DNA of 64,000 nucleotides from an uncultured Alphaproteobacteria bacterium (GTDB lineage Bacteria; Pseudomonadota; Alphaproteobacteria; RF32; CAG-239): NCBI GenBank assembly GCA_934271195.1, contig CAKQRB010000021.1, positions 21 to 64,020 of the forward strand, read 5' to 3'. Shown piece by piece: positions 63,069 to 64,000 of this stretch (position 1 is its first letter; each line of letters starts with the position of its first letter). The notes under the pieces were generated by a model. It saw only the letters and a program-made list of their open reading frames with translations, ran no database searches and was not told where the DNA came from. The position numbers and the translations under genes were made by a program.

Positions 63069-64000
63069 TGCGTATCAAATGTCCTAACTGTGGAAAATTA
63101 TATGAAATAGCTGACACGGATATGCCGGCGGGCGGCCGTAGGCTGCGGTGCTCAGGTTGTGGAGAAGTCTTCTGGCGGCGACAAGAGGACGCGGACGATT
63201 CTTTTACCGCTCAAACAGAAGAAAAAACAGCCTCCGTTGATACGCCGAACTGGAATGAAATAAATCATGAAAGATCGGATTCGGATGCAAACGAATGGAC
63301 AGAAATCAACGCGGGACAGGCAAAAACAGAAGATGTAGCCGCTCCGGACAAAGAAGAAATTCCTGTAGCCATAGCGCCGGAAGATGTTGCCGCATCTCAA
63401 ACATCAGATGAGGATAATACGCCGGAAAAAGAGGGTGGCGCGACCTCCGGCACTGCTGAGGAGAACAAGCCTGACGGCATGGACGATATTTTAAAACGCC
63501 TGTCCGAACAAAGCGAAGCGCTGGCCCAAAAAGAAAGTACTCGTCCGGCACCGGAAAAAGTCTGGGGCTGTATTTGCAAAAACACCGGTTTGTTGAACAA
63601 AACAAACCGCCGTTATTTTTATTTTATGCTGTTTTTGATTTTTGTGCTGCTGATGTATTATTTCCGTTATGAGATTGTCAGAACGGTACCTTTTATGGAA
63701 AAAGCCTACGCAGTGCTGAATATCAAATCAAGAATTCTCGGTGAAGGGCTGGAGTTCAAAAACATCAGCCGTCGCACTTACGAAGACGATTATGTAACCA
63801 AGATGGAAATCAAAGGCTATATTGTTAACAATACCGATAAAATGCTTGAGATTCCAAACGTCAAAGTAAAGGTTCTGGATGAGAAAGCTATGGTGCTCCA
63901 ATCTCAGACAACTCCGCCGCCGGCAAAGTATATTAAGGAAAACGGCCGCGTTGCTTTCAGTGTAACTGTAACTAAGCCGTCACCGTTGAGCAAATATATT
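63069..64000 (+). CDS. MJ0042-type zinc-ribbon protein with TM helix and DUF3426-like C-terminus (3' partial)
   Basis: I translated it by hand: MRIKCPNCGKLYEIADTDMPAGGRRLRCSGCGEVFWR..., with no stop up to the window end. It is absent from the ORF track because it is open-ended. Confidence 0.8.

Overview
The 64-kb window has a backbone that looks alphaproteobacterial. Supporting synteny: DUF1013/TrcR, ZauP-ZapA, nuoN-birA-RNase J, ftsEX-DUF218-plsC, ispH...rnhA, and a non-zinc L31. The metabolic genes point to an anaerobic, fermentative, probably host-associated organism: AdhE, HydE, a PFK with mixed ATP/PPi signatures, and only degenerate NuoL/M/N remnants of complex I.

Housekeeping genes recognised by motif: tgt, LOG-family, an MsbA-like ABC exporter, SpmA/B-like, adhE, murE, queH, djlA-like, hydE, a Nudix hydrolase, tRNA-Lys(UUU), birA, rnj, pfk, rpsU, ymdB, zapA, efp, suhB, rpmE, elbB, an M16 peptidase, ispH, rnhA, a GT4 glycosyltransferase, thrS, tadA, rluB, rsmD, plsC, ftsX and ftsE.

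Features that stand out:
1. A family of three same-strand polypurine (more than 80% A+G) intergenic elements of about 170-280 nt with conserved boxes. I do not recognise it.
2. A 99-bp hairpin repeat family (2.7 tandem copies plus dispersed copies) that partly co-localises with the polypurine elements.
3. An AT-rich islet encoding a lysozyme-like protein and a Gly-zipper protein with two small polytopic membrane proteins (toxin/immunity-like). Each putative toxin gene is preceded by an identical 49-bp terminator-hairpin/SD module and a second intrinsic terminator.
4. A 1367-aa protein with LRR-like repeats and a C-terminal Gly-zipper, translationally coupled to a 98-aa partner (effector/chaperone-like).
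5. A secreted 358-aa protein with about 41 cysteines.
6. A 512-aa protein built from a novel helical repeat, with a recent 330-bp internal duplication.
7. A signal-less S41 protease.

All product calls rest on motif recognition by eye. No database search was run. Start codons were adjusted by RBS inspection.
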